Made by a program: the position numbers and the translations under genes. A DNA stretch of 63,653 nucleotides, filler included, from Chiloscyllium plagiosum (lineage: Eukaryota), in NCBI RefSeq assembly GCF_004010195.1. It is 5 parts of one record of this genome, joined end to end, with 100 filler letters (N's around TTAATTAATTAA, not from the genome) between each part and the next. Parts side by side here need not be neighbours in the genome. Positions count along the whole stretch, not along the records: positions 43,844 to 51,579 come from NC_057713.1; positions 51,680 to 57,894 come from NC_057713.1; positions 57,995 to 63,653 come from NC_057713.1; 2 more parts are not named here. The stretch is one strand, 5' to 3'. Position 1 is the first letter of the stretch. Each line of letters begins with the position of its first letter. Below are positions 50,301-63,064 of this stretch, piece by piece. The notes under the pieces are model-generated. The model ran no database searches, was not told the origin of the DNA, and worked only from the letters and a program-made list of their open reading frames with translations.

Positions 50301-51579
50301 TCTCCACGGTAAACACAAAGGAGAAGTATTCATTGAGATCCTCGCATATCACTAGTACACAAACATGTCCACTTTGTCCTCAAATGGACTTATTCTCTCT
50401 CTAGTTCTTCTTTTCCTTCAATGTATAGTATAACCTTAATTATCTGAACATCAGTTATCCGAATTTTGGATTACCTGAACAAGATCTCAAGGTCCCTTAA
50501 AAACGATGTTAGGCAACTCAGGATTCAGTTGACAGTTAAACAGCATTATGGCGTGCATTGCTAGATAATGGAAGCATGTTCGATAGCTGGCACTCAAATT
50601 ACTGCTTGTTTACGATCAGATCAGTTTTCCGAACAATCAGTTATCTGAACAAAATACTCCCTTCCCGTCTCGTTCGGATAATTGTATTGTGCTTAAAGAA
50701 CCTCTTGGGATCCACCCTAATCTTCTCAGACAAGGCTATCTCATGCCCCCTTGTCACCCTCCTGATTTCCTTCGTCAGTAAACTCTTGCATTCCCTGTAT
50801 ACCGCCAGGGATTCCCTTAATCCCAGCTGCCTGTACATGAGCCACACCTTTTTTTCTGGTCAATGCCTCAATATCTCTTGCTATCCAGGTTTGCCTATTC
50901 CTGCCAACCTTGCCCTTCAGCCTCACAGGAACATATGGACCTTAAACTCTAGCTATCTCACTTTTAAAGGCCTCCCACTTGTTAGAGGTCCCTTTACATG
51001 CAAACAAACTACTCCAATCAACCCCTGCAAGCTCCTGTCTAATTCCAGCAAAATTCACCTTGCCCTAATTGAGAACATGAACATGTGGACCAGTTTTGTC
51101 CCTCTCCATATCTATTTTAATAGAACTATGGTCACTGGTCCCAAAGTCCTCCCCCACAGTCACCTCAGTCACCTGTCCTTTCCTTTTGCCCCTTCCTGAG
51201 TAGGACCCTCTTTATAAGGTGGAGGAAGCTAGGGTCAAGCCCAGCTCTGGAGAATTACAGGCAGGCGAGGAAGAAGCTTGAAAATGGTCTGAGGAGAGCC
51301 AAGAGGGGGCACAAGAAAGGCTTGGCAGAACGGATTAGGGAGAACAGAAAGGAATTTTACACTTATGTGAGGAATAAGAGAATGGTCAAAGAAAGAGTAG
51401 GGCCGATCAGAGATAGCATAGGGAATTTGTGTGTGGAGACTGAGGAGTAGGGGAAGTCCTAAATTAGTTTTTTGCTTCTGTCTTTACGAAAGAAACGAAC
51501 TTTGTAGTGAATGAAACCTTTGAAGAGCAGATGTGCATGCTGGAATGGATAGAGATAGAGGAAGCTGATGTGCTGAAAA
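47400..51579. mobile_element. Cluster of CR1 fragments: minus 47400-47910, plus 47915-48982, minus 48983-51210, plus 51215-51579
   Basis: [34 protein letters not shown]. Confidence 0.88.
50426..50685. mobile_element. Tc1/mariner-pogo (Tigger-like) MITE inside CR1
   Basis: After TA, begins TAGTATAACCTTAATTATCTGAAC with repeated TTATC(C/T)GAA motifs. An inverted GTTCGGATAATT lies near 50672-50682. Confidence 0.65.
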
Positions 51580-51679
51580 NNNNNNNNNNNNNNNNNNNNN
51601 NNNNNNNNNNNNNNNNNNNNNNNTTAATTAATTAANNNNNNNNNNNNNNNNNNNNNNNNNNNNNNNNNNNNNNNNNNNN
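51580..51679. other. Artificial contig-joining spacer
   Basis: 44 N + TTAATTAATTAA + 44 N. Confidence 0.97.
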
Positions 51680-54600
51680 GGGGGGTAAAAGCTTCCCAAT
51701 GTCCCTCAGTGTTAACCTCAGCACCTACACTCACACAGTAACTGGGGGGTAACAGCTTCCCAATGTCCCTCAGTGTTGCCCTCAGCACCTACACTCACAC
51801 AGTAACTGGGGGGGTTACAGCTTCCCAATGTCCCTCAGTGTTCCCCTCAGCACCTACAGTAACACAGTAACTGGGGGGTAACAGCTTCCCAATGTCCCTC
51901 AGTGTTAAACTCAGCACCTACACTCACACAGTAACTGGGGGGTAACAGCTTCCCAATGTCCCTCAGTGTTGCCCTCAGCACCTACACTCACACAGTAATT
52001 GGGGGGTAACAGCTTCCCAATGTCCCCCAGTGTTAGCCTCAGCACCTACACTCACACAGTAACTGGGGGGTAACAGCTTCACAATGTCCCTCTGTGTTAC
52101 CCTCAACACCTACACTCACTCAGTAACTTGGGGGGTAAGAGCTTCCCAATGTCCCTCAGTGTTACCCTCAACACCTACACTCACACAGTAACTGGGGGGT
52201 AACAGCTTCCCAATATCCCGCTCTGTTACCCTCATCACCTACAGTCACACAGAAACTGGGGGGTAACAGCTTCCCAATGTCCCTCAGTGTTACCCTCAAC
52301 ACCTACACTCACACAGTAACTGGGGGGTAACAGCTTCCCAATGTCCCTCTGTGTTCCCCTCATCACCTCCACTCACACAGAAACTGGGGGGTAACAGCTT
52401 CCCAATGTCCCTCAGTGTTACCCTCAGCACCTACACTCAAACAGTAACTGGAGGGTAACAGCTTCCCAATGTCCCTCAGTTTTACCCTCAACACCTCCAC
52501 TCACACAGTAACTGGAGGGTAACAGCTTCCCACAGTCCCTCAGCGTTACCCTCAGCACCTACACTCACACAGTAACTGGGGGGTAACAGCTTCCCAATGT
52601 CCCTCAGTGTTACCCTCAGCCCCTACACTCACACAGTAACTGGGGGGTAACAGCTTCCCACAGTCCCTCAATGTTACCCTCAGCACCTACAATCACACAG
52701 TAACTGCGGGGTAACAGGTACCAATGTCCCACAGCGTTACCCTCAGCACCGACACTCACACAGTAACTGGGGGGTAACAGCTTCCCAATGTCCCTCAGTT
52801 TTTCCCTCAGCAACTACACTCACACAGTAACTGGGGGGTAACAGCTTCCCAATGTCCCACAGTGTTACTCTCAGCACCTACTCTCAGACAGTAACTGGGG
52901 GGTAACAGCTTCCCAATGTCCCTCATGTTACCCTCAGCAACTACACTCACACAGTAACTGGGGGGTAACAGCTTCCCAATGTCCCTCAGCGTTGCCCTCA
53001 GCACCTACACTCACACAGTAACTGGGTGGGGGGGGGTAACAGCTTCCCAATGTCCCTCAGTGTTACCCTCAGCACCTACACTCACACAGTAACTGGGGGA
53101 GTAACAGCTTCCCAATGTCCCTCAGTGTTACCCTGAGCACCTACACTCACACAGTATTGGAAGGTAACCGCTTCCAAATGTCCCTCAGTGTTACCCTCAG
53201 CATCTACACTCACACAGTAACTAGGGGGGTAACAGCTTCCCAATGTCCCTCAGTGTTACCCTCACCACCTACACTCACACAGTAACTGGGGGGTAACAGC
53301 TTCCCAATGTCCCTCAGTGTTACCCTCTGCACGTACACTCACACAGTAATTGGGGGGTAACAGCTTCCCAATGTCCCTCAGTGTTACCCTCAGCACCTAC
53401 ACTCACACAGTAACTGGGGGGGTAACAGCTTCCCAATGTCCCTCAGTGTTACCCTACACTCACACAGTAATTGGAAGGTAACCGCTTCCCAATGTCCCTC
53501 AGTGTTACCCTCAGCACCTACACTCACACAGTAACTGGGGGGTAACAGCTTACCAATGTCCCCCAGTGTTAGCCTCAGCACCTACACTCACACAGTAACT
53601 GGGGGGTAACAGCTTCTCAATGTCCCTGTGTTACCCTCAACACCTCCACTCACTCAGTAACTTGGGGGCTCGCAGCTTCCCAACGTCCCTCAGTGTTACC
53701 CTCAACACCTACACTCACACAGTAACTGGGGGCTAACAGCTTCCGAATGTCCCTCAGTGTTGTCCTCAGCACCTACACTCACACAGTAACTGGGGGGTAA
53801 CAGCTTCCCAATGTCCCTCTGTGTTACCCTCAACACCTACACTCACTCAGTAACTTGGGGGGTAAGAGGTTCCCAATGTCCCTCAGTGTTACCCTCAACA
53901 CCTGCACTCGCAAAGTAACTGGGGGGTAACAGCTTCCCAATGTCCCTCAGCGTTACCCTCAGCACCAACACTCACACAATAACTGGGGGGTAACAGCTTC
54001 TCAATGTCTCTCAGTGTTACCCTCAGCACCTACAATCACACAGTAACTGGGGGGTAACAGCTTCCCAATATCCCTCTGTGTTGCCCTCATCACCGACACT
54101 CACACAGAAACTGGGGGGTAACAGCTTCCCAATGTCCCTCAGTGTTACCCTCAGCACCTACACTCACACAGTAACTGGGGGGTAACAGCTTCCTAATGTC
54201 CCTCAGAGTTACCCTCAGCACCTACAATCACACAGTAACTGGGGGGTAACAGCTTCCCAATATCCCTCTGTGTTGCCCTCATCACCTACACTCACACAGT
54301 AACTGGGGGGTAAAAGCTTCCTAATGTCCCTCAGAGTTACCCTCAGCATTTACACTCACACAGTAACTGGGGGGTAATAGCGAACCAATGTCCCTTAGTG
54401 TTACCCTCAGCACCTACACTCACACAGTAACTGGGGGGTAACAGCTTCTCAATGTCCCTCAATGTTACCCTCAGCACCTACACTCACACAGTAACTGGGG
54501 TGTAAAAGCTTCCCAATGTCCCTTAGTGTTACCCTCAGCACCTCCTCTCACACAGTAACTGGGGGGTAACAGCTTCCCAATGTCCCTCAATGTTACCCTC

Positions 54601-57600
54601 AGCACCTACACTCACACAGTAACTGGGGGGTAACAGCTTCAAAATGTCCCTCAGTGTTACCCTCAGCGCCGACACTCACACAGTAACTGGGAGGTAACAG
54701 CTTCCCAATGTCCCTCAGTGTTACCCTCAGCACCTACGCTCACACAGTAACTGGGGTAACAGTTTCCCAATATCCCTCAGTGTTACTCTCAGCACCTCCA
54801 CTCACACAGTAACTGGGGGGTAACAGCTTCTCAATGTCCTTCAGTGTTACCCTCAGCACCGACACTCACACAGTAACTGGGGGGTAACAGCTTCCCAATG
54901 TCCCTCAGCATTACCCTCAGCACCTACACTCACACAGTAACTGGGGGTTAAAAGCTTCCCAATGTCCCTCAGTGTTACCCTCAGCACCGACACTCACACA
55001 GGAACTGGGGGGTAACAGCTTCCCAATGTCCCTCAGTGTTACCCTCAGCACCTACACTCACACAGTAACAGGGGGGTAACAGCTTCCCAATGCCCCTCAG
55101 TGTTACCCTCAGCACGTACACTCACACAATAACTGGGGGGTAACAGCTTCCCAATGTCCCTCAGTGTTACCCTCAGCACCTACACTCACACAGTAACTGG
55201 GGGGTAACAGCTTCCCAATGTCCCTCAGTGTTACTCTCAGCATCTACACTCACACAGGAACTGGGGGGTAACAGCTTCCCAATGTCCCTCAGTTTTACCC
55301 TCAGCACCTACACTCACACAGTAACTGGGGGGATAACAGCTTCCCAATGTCCCTCAGTGTTACCCTCACCGCCTACACTCACACAGTAACTGGGGGGTAA
55401 CAGGTACCAATGTCCCACAGCGTTACCATCAGCACCTACAATCACACAGTAACTGGGGGGGCGTGGGGGGTAACAGCTTCCCAATGTCCCTCAGCGTTGC
55501 CCTCAGCACGTACACTCACACAGTAACTGGGGGGTAACCGCTTCCCAATGTCCCTCAGTGTTGCCCTCAGCACCTACACTCACACAGTAACTGGGGGGTA
55601 ACAGCTTCCCAATGTCCCTCAGAGTTACCCTCAACACCTACACTCACTCAGTAACTTGGGGGGTAAGAGCTTCCCAATGTCCCTCAACACCTACACTCAA
55701 CACCTACACTCGCAAAGTAACTGGGGGGTAACAGCTTCCCAATGTCCCTCAGCATTACCCTCAGCACCTACACTCACACAGTAACTGGGGGGTAACAGCT
55801 TCCCAATGTCCCTCTGTGTTACCCTCAGCACCGACACTCACACAGTAACTGGGGGGGTAACAGTTTCTCAATATCCCTCAGTGTTACCCTCATCACCTAC
55901 ACTCACACAGAAACTGGGGGGTAACAGATTCCCAATGTCCCTCAGTGTTACCCTCAGCACCTACACTCACACAGTAACTGGGGGCTCGCAGCTTCCCAAT
56001 GTCCCTCAGTGTTACCCTCACCACCTACACTCACACAGTAACTGGGGGCTCGCAGCTTCCCAATGTCCCTCAGTGTTACCCTCACCACCTACACTCACAC
56101 AGTAACTGGGGGCTCGCAGCTTCCCAATGTCCCTCAGTGTTACCCTCACCACCTACACTCACACAGTAACTGGGGGCTCGCAGCTTCCCAATGTCCCTCA
56201 GTGTTACCCTCACCACCTACACTCACACAGTAACTGGGGGCTCGCAGCTTCCCAATGTCCCTCAGTGTTACCCTCACCACCTACACTCACACAGTAACTG
56301 GGGGCTCGCAGCTTCCCAATGTCCCTCAGTGTTACCCTCACCACCTACACTCACACAGTAACTGGGGGGTAACAGCTTCCCAATGTCCCTCAGAGTTACC
56401 CTCAACACCTACACTCACTCAGTAACTTGGGGGGTAAGAGCTTCCCAATGTCCCTCAACACCTACACTCAACACCTACACTCGCAAAGTAACTGGGGGGT
56501 AACAGCTTCCCAATGTCCCCCAGTGTTATCCTCAGCACCTACACTCACACAGTAACTGGGGGCTCGCAGCTTCCCAATGTCCCTCAGTGTTACCCTCACC
56601 ACCTACACTCACACAGTAACTGGGGGGTAACAGGTACCAATGTCCCACAGCGTTACCCTCAGCACCTAAACTCACACAGTAACTGGGGGGGCGTGGGGGG
56701 TAACAGCTTCCCAATGTCCCTCAGTTTTTCCCTCAGCACCTACACTCACACAGTAACTGGGGGGTAACAGCTTCCCAATGTCCCTCAGCATTACCCTCAG
56801 CACCGACACTCACACAGTAAAAGGGGGGTAAAAGCTTCCCAATGTCCCTCAGTGTTACCCTCAGCACCTACACTCACACAGTAACTGGGGGGGTAACAGC
56901 TTCCCAATGTCCCTCAGTGTTAACCTCAGCACCTACACTCACACAGTAACTGGGGGGTAACAGCTTCCCAATGTCCCTCAGTGTTACCCTCAGCACCTAC
57001 ACTCACACAGTAACTGGGGGGTAACAGCTTCCCAATGTCCCTCAGTTTTAACCTCAACACCTACACTCACACAGTAACTGGAGGGTAACAGCTTCCCACA
57101 GTCCCTCAGCGTTACCCTCAGCACCTACACTCACACAGTAACTGGGGGGTAACAGCTTCCCAATGTCCCTCAGTGTTACCCTCAGCACCTACACTCACAC
57201 AGTAACTGGGGGGATAACAGCTTCCCAATGTCCCACAGTGTTACCCTCACCACCTACACTCACACAGTAACTGGAGGGTAACAGCTTCCCAAAGTCCCTC
57301 AGCGTTACCCTCACCACCTACACTCACACAGTAACTGGGGGGTAACAGGTACCAATGTCCCACAGCGTTACCCTCAGCACCTACACTCACTCAGTAACTG
57401 GGGGGTAACAGCTTCCCAATGTCCCTCAGTTTTTCCCTCAGCAACTACACTCACACAGTAACTGGTGGGTAACAGCTTCCCAATGTCCCACAGTTTTACT
57501 CTCAGCACCTACTCTCAGACAGTAACTGGGGGGTAACAGCTTCCCAATGTCCCTCATGTTACCCTCAGCAACTACACTCACACAGAAACTGGGGGGTAAC

Positions 57601-57894
57601 AGCTTCCCAATGTCCCTCAGCGTTGCCCTCAGCACCTACACTCACACAGTAACTGGGTGGGGGGGGGGGGTAACAAATTCCCAATGTCCCTCAGTGTTAC
57701 CCTCAGCATCTACACTCACACAGTAACTGGGGGGGTAACAGCTTCCCAATGTCCCTCAGTGTTACCCTCAGCACCTACACTCACACAGTAATTGGAAGGT
57801 AACCGCTTTCCCAATGTCCCCCAGTGTTAGCCTCAGCACCTACACTCACACAGTAACTGGGGGGGTAACAGCTTCCCAATGTCCCTCAGTTTTA
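51680..57894. repeat. Tandem satellite, 64-bp unit, about 97 copies, filling the whole contig
   Basis: Consensus ACTCACACAGTAACTGGGGGGTAACAGCTTCCCAATGTCCCTCAGTGTTACCCTCAGCACCTAC. Confidence 0.98.
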
Positions 57895-57994
57895 NNNNNN
57901 NNNNNNNNNNNNNNNNNNNNNNNNNNNNNNNNNNNNNNTTAATTAATTAANNNNNNNNNNNNNNNNNNNNNNNNNNNNNNNNNNNNNNNNNNNN
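57895..57994. other. Artificial contig-joining spacer
   Basis: 44 N + TTAATTAATTAA + 44 N. Confidence 0.97.
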
Positions 57995-58248
57995 CTCTCC
58001 CTATAGCTCAAATCCTCCAACACTGGCAACATCCTTGTAAACCTTTTCTGAACCCTTTCCAGTTTCATAGCATCTTTCCGATAGGAAAGAGACCAGAATT
58101 GCACGCAATGTTCCAAAAGTGGCCTAACCAATGTCCTGTACAGCTGCAACATGACCTCCCAACTCCTGTACTCAATACTCTGACCAATAAAGGAAAGCAT
58201 ACCAAACGCCTTCTTCACTATCCTGTTTACCTGTGACTCCACTTTCAA
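57995..58248 (-). mobile_element. CR1 3' ORF2 fragment
   Basis: LYRTLVRPLLEHCVQFWS. Confidence 0.88.
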
Positions 58249-58615
58249 GTAGATTAGAATCTGGAGGCTGAAAGTAAGTCAGAATGTAGAAAGAGGAAGA
58301 TGAACAACAAGCTAGAATCATAGCAGTTTCAAAATGTATTAGGAAAGGTGTTCCAGCTTTAATTTCTTCCAATAAGATCATGAGAGAGTAAAATGTTTCT
58401 CTTGTCAAAAAGTGAGTTTTTTGGCATTACTCGTAGTATTAACTACAATAGCTAGTATTTGTTCAATTTGGGGCAATGAAATGTAGAACAGGAAGGTTCT
58501 ATTGATAACACTTTTATATTTGAATGATATTCAGAGTGTAAGTGGTCACTTGTGTGATCCAATTGTCCTGCTGTCTTCTTGGGCACCAAAACTATCTTGT
58601 TATTTTTCAATGTAG

Positions 58616-58782
58616 ATGAATTGACCACTGACCACTATCCTAAAAAGGGGGCGATCCTGGTGGATGGTGTGGTCTTGAATGGGCCTCTTCTGGATGCAAA
58701 AGCAGGAGAGAAGTTTGTTGAGGAGGCATTCCCAATCATCATGGAAGATGCCATAAAGAAAGCAACTGATGTCAATGAAAAG
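58616..58782 (+). CDS. GADL1: GADL1 (acidic amino acid decarboxylase) coding exon, likely exon 2
   Basis: tgtag| and |gtacaa around 167 nt: KKGAILVDGVVLNGPLLDAKAGEKFVEEAFPIIMEDAIKKATDVNEK, versus recalled human KKNAVLVDGVVLNGPTTDAKAGEKFVEEA...KATDVNEK. Confidence 0.93.
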
Positions 58783-59892
58783 GTACAAACACAAAGTAAT
58801 AATCAGTCATGGAGTATATCAACAATGTTAAAACACTTTGGCAAATGCAAGTCTCTGACAGTTGAGCATCAGCTTTACAGGATTTTTCACAAAAACTGTC
58901 ATTTTCTATTGACATTTATACTCTGGTAGTGATACCTACAAGCAATTTTTTAAATCTTAAACTAAAGTGATCTTGAAATAATTTGTGATGTATTGGATTT
59001 CTGATCTTGATCTTAATGTTGAATAACCTTTTAGATATCTGGCTGATACCACGTCCTAATGGGAAAAGGATGCAAGATTTAGTTATTTTCTATAGTTATT
59101 TGTCAAATTCAGTATTTTGTTGTTCTGTTATCTTACTCTTGAGATGTGGATGAAAGGGGTTTCTCAACATCTTTCCTTCAATCAATTTTCTGCTTTTAAT
59201 CATAGCTTGACAAATTGTTCTTGAATTTTAGGATTAGTAGTTGTTGCATTGAATACATTATAAATAGGTGAAGAGGGCACTCAGTATGCCTTCCCCATAA
59301 CGTTATAACTTATTACTGTAATGCAGCTCTTCCTTAAAGCTTTTCCCTGCAGTATAACAACAAAGCTAAAAAAAAGTTTATTTTTAAATCAGGGTTTCTA
59401 CCTCAGGAGTTTTCATGCCAATCCACATGCAACAACCTGCTCTGAAAACTCTGTCCAATTTCTGCAGCTGTGTCAAATTCCAACAGAACAGCTGAGAATC
59501 CACAGCATTCTGAAATAATCAACAACATTCCAATCAAAACAACCCATAGCATTCTAAAAACAAAATTAATTTGTACCATCAGATAACATTAAACCAACAT
59601 TCTGAACTTTGCATTTCCCAACTTCTCCAACTGTACAGTGAGAAACTCTTGTTAAAATGAAAATGCCTATGGTTTCCTGTTTAACTGTAAATAATAATGC
59701 AACTATTATTTTAAAGAGATGGAATGATTTTAAATGGCATATTTCAGCAATGTGTTCTGAAAAGGTAAGTGATTATTAATGCAGTAAGTTACTAGATTTT
59801 CATTTCATGCTTAAGTTGAAAAGAACTCTTTCAACTTGTCACTTGACATTTCCATGCGTTTACATTGTCCCTAATTTTGAATATACTTTAAG

Positions 59893-60019
59893 GTCTGTGA
59901 ATGGCAGCCTCCAGAAGAGCTTATGAAACTTCTCGACCTGGAATTGAGGGATACAGGAGAACCTCATCATCAGCTGCTCCAACATTGTCGTGATGTTATC
60001 AAGTATAGTGTGAAAACAG
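59893..60019 (+). CDS. GADL1: GADL1 coding exon, likely exon 3
   Basis: tttaag| and |gtagga around 127 nt, in frame with the previous exon: VCEWQPPEELMKLLDLELRDTGEPHHQLLQHCRDVIKYSVKT. Confidence 0.93.
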
Positions 60020-60229
60020 GTAGGATAATGCTCAGTGTGGCAACTTCATATTTAAAGCCCCACATTAGGCCAGAGAACTGTATCCTTTCTCCGTCTAGAT
60101 TGCGCTATCTAGATGAAGGGTTGGTCTTCAGCAGCCAGTCACTGACATTGTATTTGGGATTACAAATCTTCTAGTTTCCTTTACTGAAATTTAGCCTTAA
60201 TCCTCAGGTCCATATGATACAATAATGAG

Positions 60230-61580
60230 ATTTGTGTGACTGCCCTTTACATCAAGGCAACATTTACCCTCATGTAGTATCAAGAAGCACAATTAAAATT
60301 GAGTCAGTGGGATCTTGGGGAAAAAATCTCCACTGTTTGGAGTTATACTCAGCACAACTGAACTTACGTATGGTTGCAGGCCAGTGATTTTAATCCTAGG
60401 GCATTGCTAGGGTAGTGCCCTAGCCCCCAGGAGCTTCATAATGATCTTCCCTCCATCAAAAGACTGGAAGTAGGGAAGTTCATGGTCATTTGCACTGTGT
60501 TCAGCATCTCACACAGGAATCAGGCAGGGCAGAAATTGGACAGAAGATAAAACAATAACAAAGAATGGTTCAGAGGGATATAGGACAAATGGGCCTGGGT
60601 TATTTAGGATATCTGGTTGGCATGCACAAGTTGGATCGAAAGGTTTGTGTCCGTGCTCTACTACAATGACTGACTTTCTCAGCAAAGTCAAGGTATCATT
60701 CAGGCTTGGGCTAATAAGTGGCAAGTAATATTGGCATCATACAAGTACCAGGCAGTGATCATCTCCAACAAGGAAGAAGATAACCATCTCTTCTTGACAT
60801 TCAATGGCATGACCATCAACATCCTTGGGCTTATCATTGACCAGTAACTTGACTCGACTAGCCATATAAATGCTTTAAATACAACAACAGGTTCAGCACA
60901 AGGAATTTGAGCCATATACCTCACTTCCTGAGTCCCATAACCTATCCACCATCTATATAATTTTGTAATGTGATGGAACGCAATCCACATGCCTGGATAT
61001 GTGCAATTGCAAGCTCAAGATGTTTGAGTCCAGAAGGAGTAGCTGCTTGATTGGTACTTCAGCCTCCACCATAAACATTTACTCCCTCCAACATCACACA
61101 GTGACAACAATGTGTACCATCTGCAAAATGCACTGCAACAACTCGTCAAAGCTCCTTTGAAAGCACCTTCCAACGTTGAGTAGCTTGAGTCTGAAATGTA
61201 CTACCTGGAGGTATAGTGGGGCAGAGGTAATTGAGGCATTTAAGAAGGCATTTGAAGATTGTTTCTGTTCAAACAATGAGGAAAGATATGTTGCAAAGGT
61301 AAATGGCACGAAGTCATCATCCTCATTGGAGAGCCGATGCAGACATTATGGGCCAAATGGCCTCCTTCTGAGGTGTAACTCTTCTGTAACTCTATGAAGA
61401 ATAAGGGCAGCAGATACACTATCACTCTCCAAATCATGCCATTCTGACTTGGAGCTATGTCACTGTTCCTTCATTATTGCTTTGCAAAAACCTGAAAATC
61501 CCTTCCAAATAGCATCATGTATATATCTGCACAAAATAGACTACAGCTCAAGAAAACCGCTCATCTCACAAAAAGAAATT
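60230..61580 (+). mobile_element. Old non-LTR LINE RT fragment with two nested CR1 tails
   Basis: Decayed DIKATF..V.YQ and ADKWQV..KYQAVIISNK-like remnants, with CR1 3'UTR pieces at about 60560-60670 and 61210-61395. Confidence 0.5.
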
Positions 61581-62039
61581 GAGAAATCTGACAGAAAAAC
61601 TACAAGTCATTAAAAATGGAGGCTTATAAAAGTTAATGTATTAATTAATAATAATAAAGAGTTCATTTGATATCTGACCAGAATTGGCAAGCCTAGATTA
61701 GTGCAGTCCATTCTTCACAGCAGACAATTCAAAGGGGCTTTAATAGCTTTGAAACCAGAAAATGCTTCTTGAAAGTCGTTGAAAAACTAAAATCTTTGGT
61801 AACATCTTCCTCTTGCTGATTAGATTTATTAAATGCATTTCTCATTAATTTACAGGCAGAACTTAGTCTTTGGTGCTGAGTTAACTGACTGCACTGGCAT
61901 CAGGAAAGAACAAATCAGCCAGGGGTGAGATGGAACAACACCTCATTTCTACCCAGACATTTTACAGTGTCTAGGACTCCAAATCGAGTTCCACAAGTTC
62001 AGAGTTTGACCTTTGCACTCCATTTTTCTTCATCTTCCC

Positions 62040-62350
62040 CTGGCCTTGTTAAGTTTGTATCATGTTGACTTTTCTCTTAGCAGGGTGGACACACTTTTGC
62101 TTTTCCACAACTAACATTTATATATCCATCGCTTCTTCATCACTGTTATCACTGCTTTTGTCTTTTGTTCTGGGCACTTTCTCAATCTATTCCACTTGAA
62201 CCTCCTCCCCCTCTACAGTCTAAGATCAACATTTTCCAACACAGTTCTGAAGAAGAGCCACTTTGACCCAAAGTGCTAACTATGTTTGACTCCCCGTAGA
62301 TGCTGCCAGACCTGCTGAGTTTTTCTAGCATTTTCTGCTTTTATTTGGGA
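62040..62350 (+). mobile_element. Old Penelope-like terminal fragment, decayed hammerhead
   Basis: AGTT-CTGAAGA (62247-62253)...AACT, followed by GATGCTGCCAGACCTGCTGAG. Confidence 0.6.
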
Positions 62351-63064
62351 TAAAATATGGTTGTCTGGTTACTAATGGTTTGACACTGTCTTTATTGAAA
62401 AAAATACTTCATGCTGCTAAAACCTGATAGAACAAACATTCAAACATTAAGTGCAGAAAGTACATTCTGAGAATGAAAAATAAATCACCAGTGAAGCTGC
62501 TGTTTCAATATTGATCTTCCAATATTTCTCGAGCTGCTACTGAGTCACTTATTCACTGTAAGTATTACGAGGTTTGTTCATTTGGGGATTTAGAAGAAAA
62601 TGGTTAAAGACAAGTGACAAAATCCTGACACACTAATGAGCCCCGAGGTGTCCTAATAACTCTAACTGAGAAACATTATCAGATGTTTGGCTCCCAAGTG
62701 TAGAAAGGTTGATTTAAACATTAATTCAGAGTTTTTAAAAAACTGGCTGCTTGATTCAAAGACATTCATGAAGCAATGCCAGTTTGTATTTAGGAAAGGA
62801 ATCTGGAAATTGTTGGAACCACAGAGATTATAGGGTTTGTGGAACTACAGACATACAGTAAAACTTTTTGAGATTGGCATAACCACACTGTAGTAATGTT
62901 AAAGCATTTTAATACATTACCCTAAAGGATAGAAGCTCTTCTGTACCCTCAATGCCCCCTCTTGCTCTTTTCATTGGTCAGGGAGAAACTGACAATATAC
63001 TAAGCACAGCTGAAAAATATAATCTATTTGAGCATTAACTGCCTTAAGGGGTGGTGTGGCATTT

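Noticed and set aside
50558..51199. 213-aa plus-strand ORF
   Set aside because: Antisense reading of CR1 ORF2 plus MITE sequence.
52616..57635. ORFs within the satellite
   Set aside because: These are translations of tandem repeat units with frequent stops and frameshifts.
51680..57894. CRISPR-like array (regular palindromic repeats)
   Set aside because: There are no unique spacers: the whole 64-bp unit repeats. No cas genes are present and the context is vertebrate.
58579..58929. ORF-track start and stop for GADL1
   Set aside because: The ORF extends into introns. Homology and splice sites limit the exon to 58616-58782 (similarly 59893-60019). I found neither exon 1 nor the next exon in the window.
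43167..60019. Single amine/amino-acid metabolism gene cluster or AOC1-GADL1 fusion
   Set aside because: The exons are on different contigs separated by three artificial spacers.
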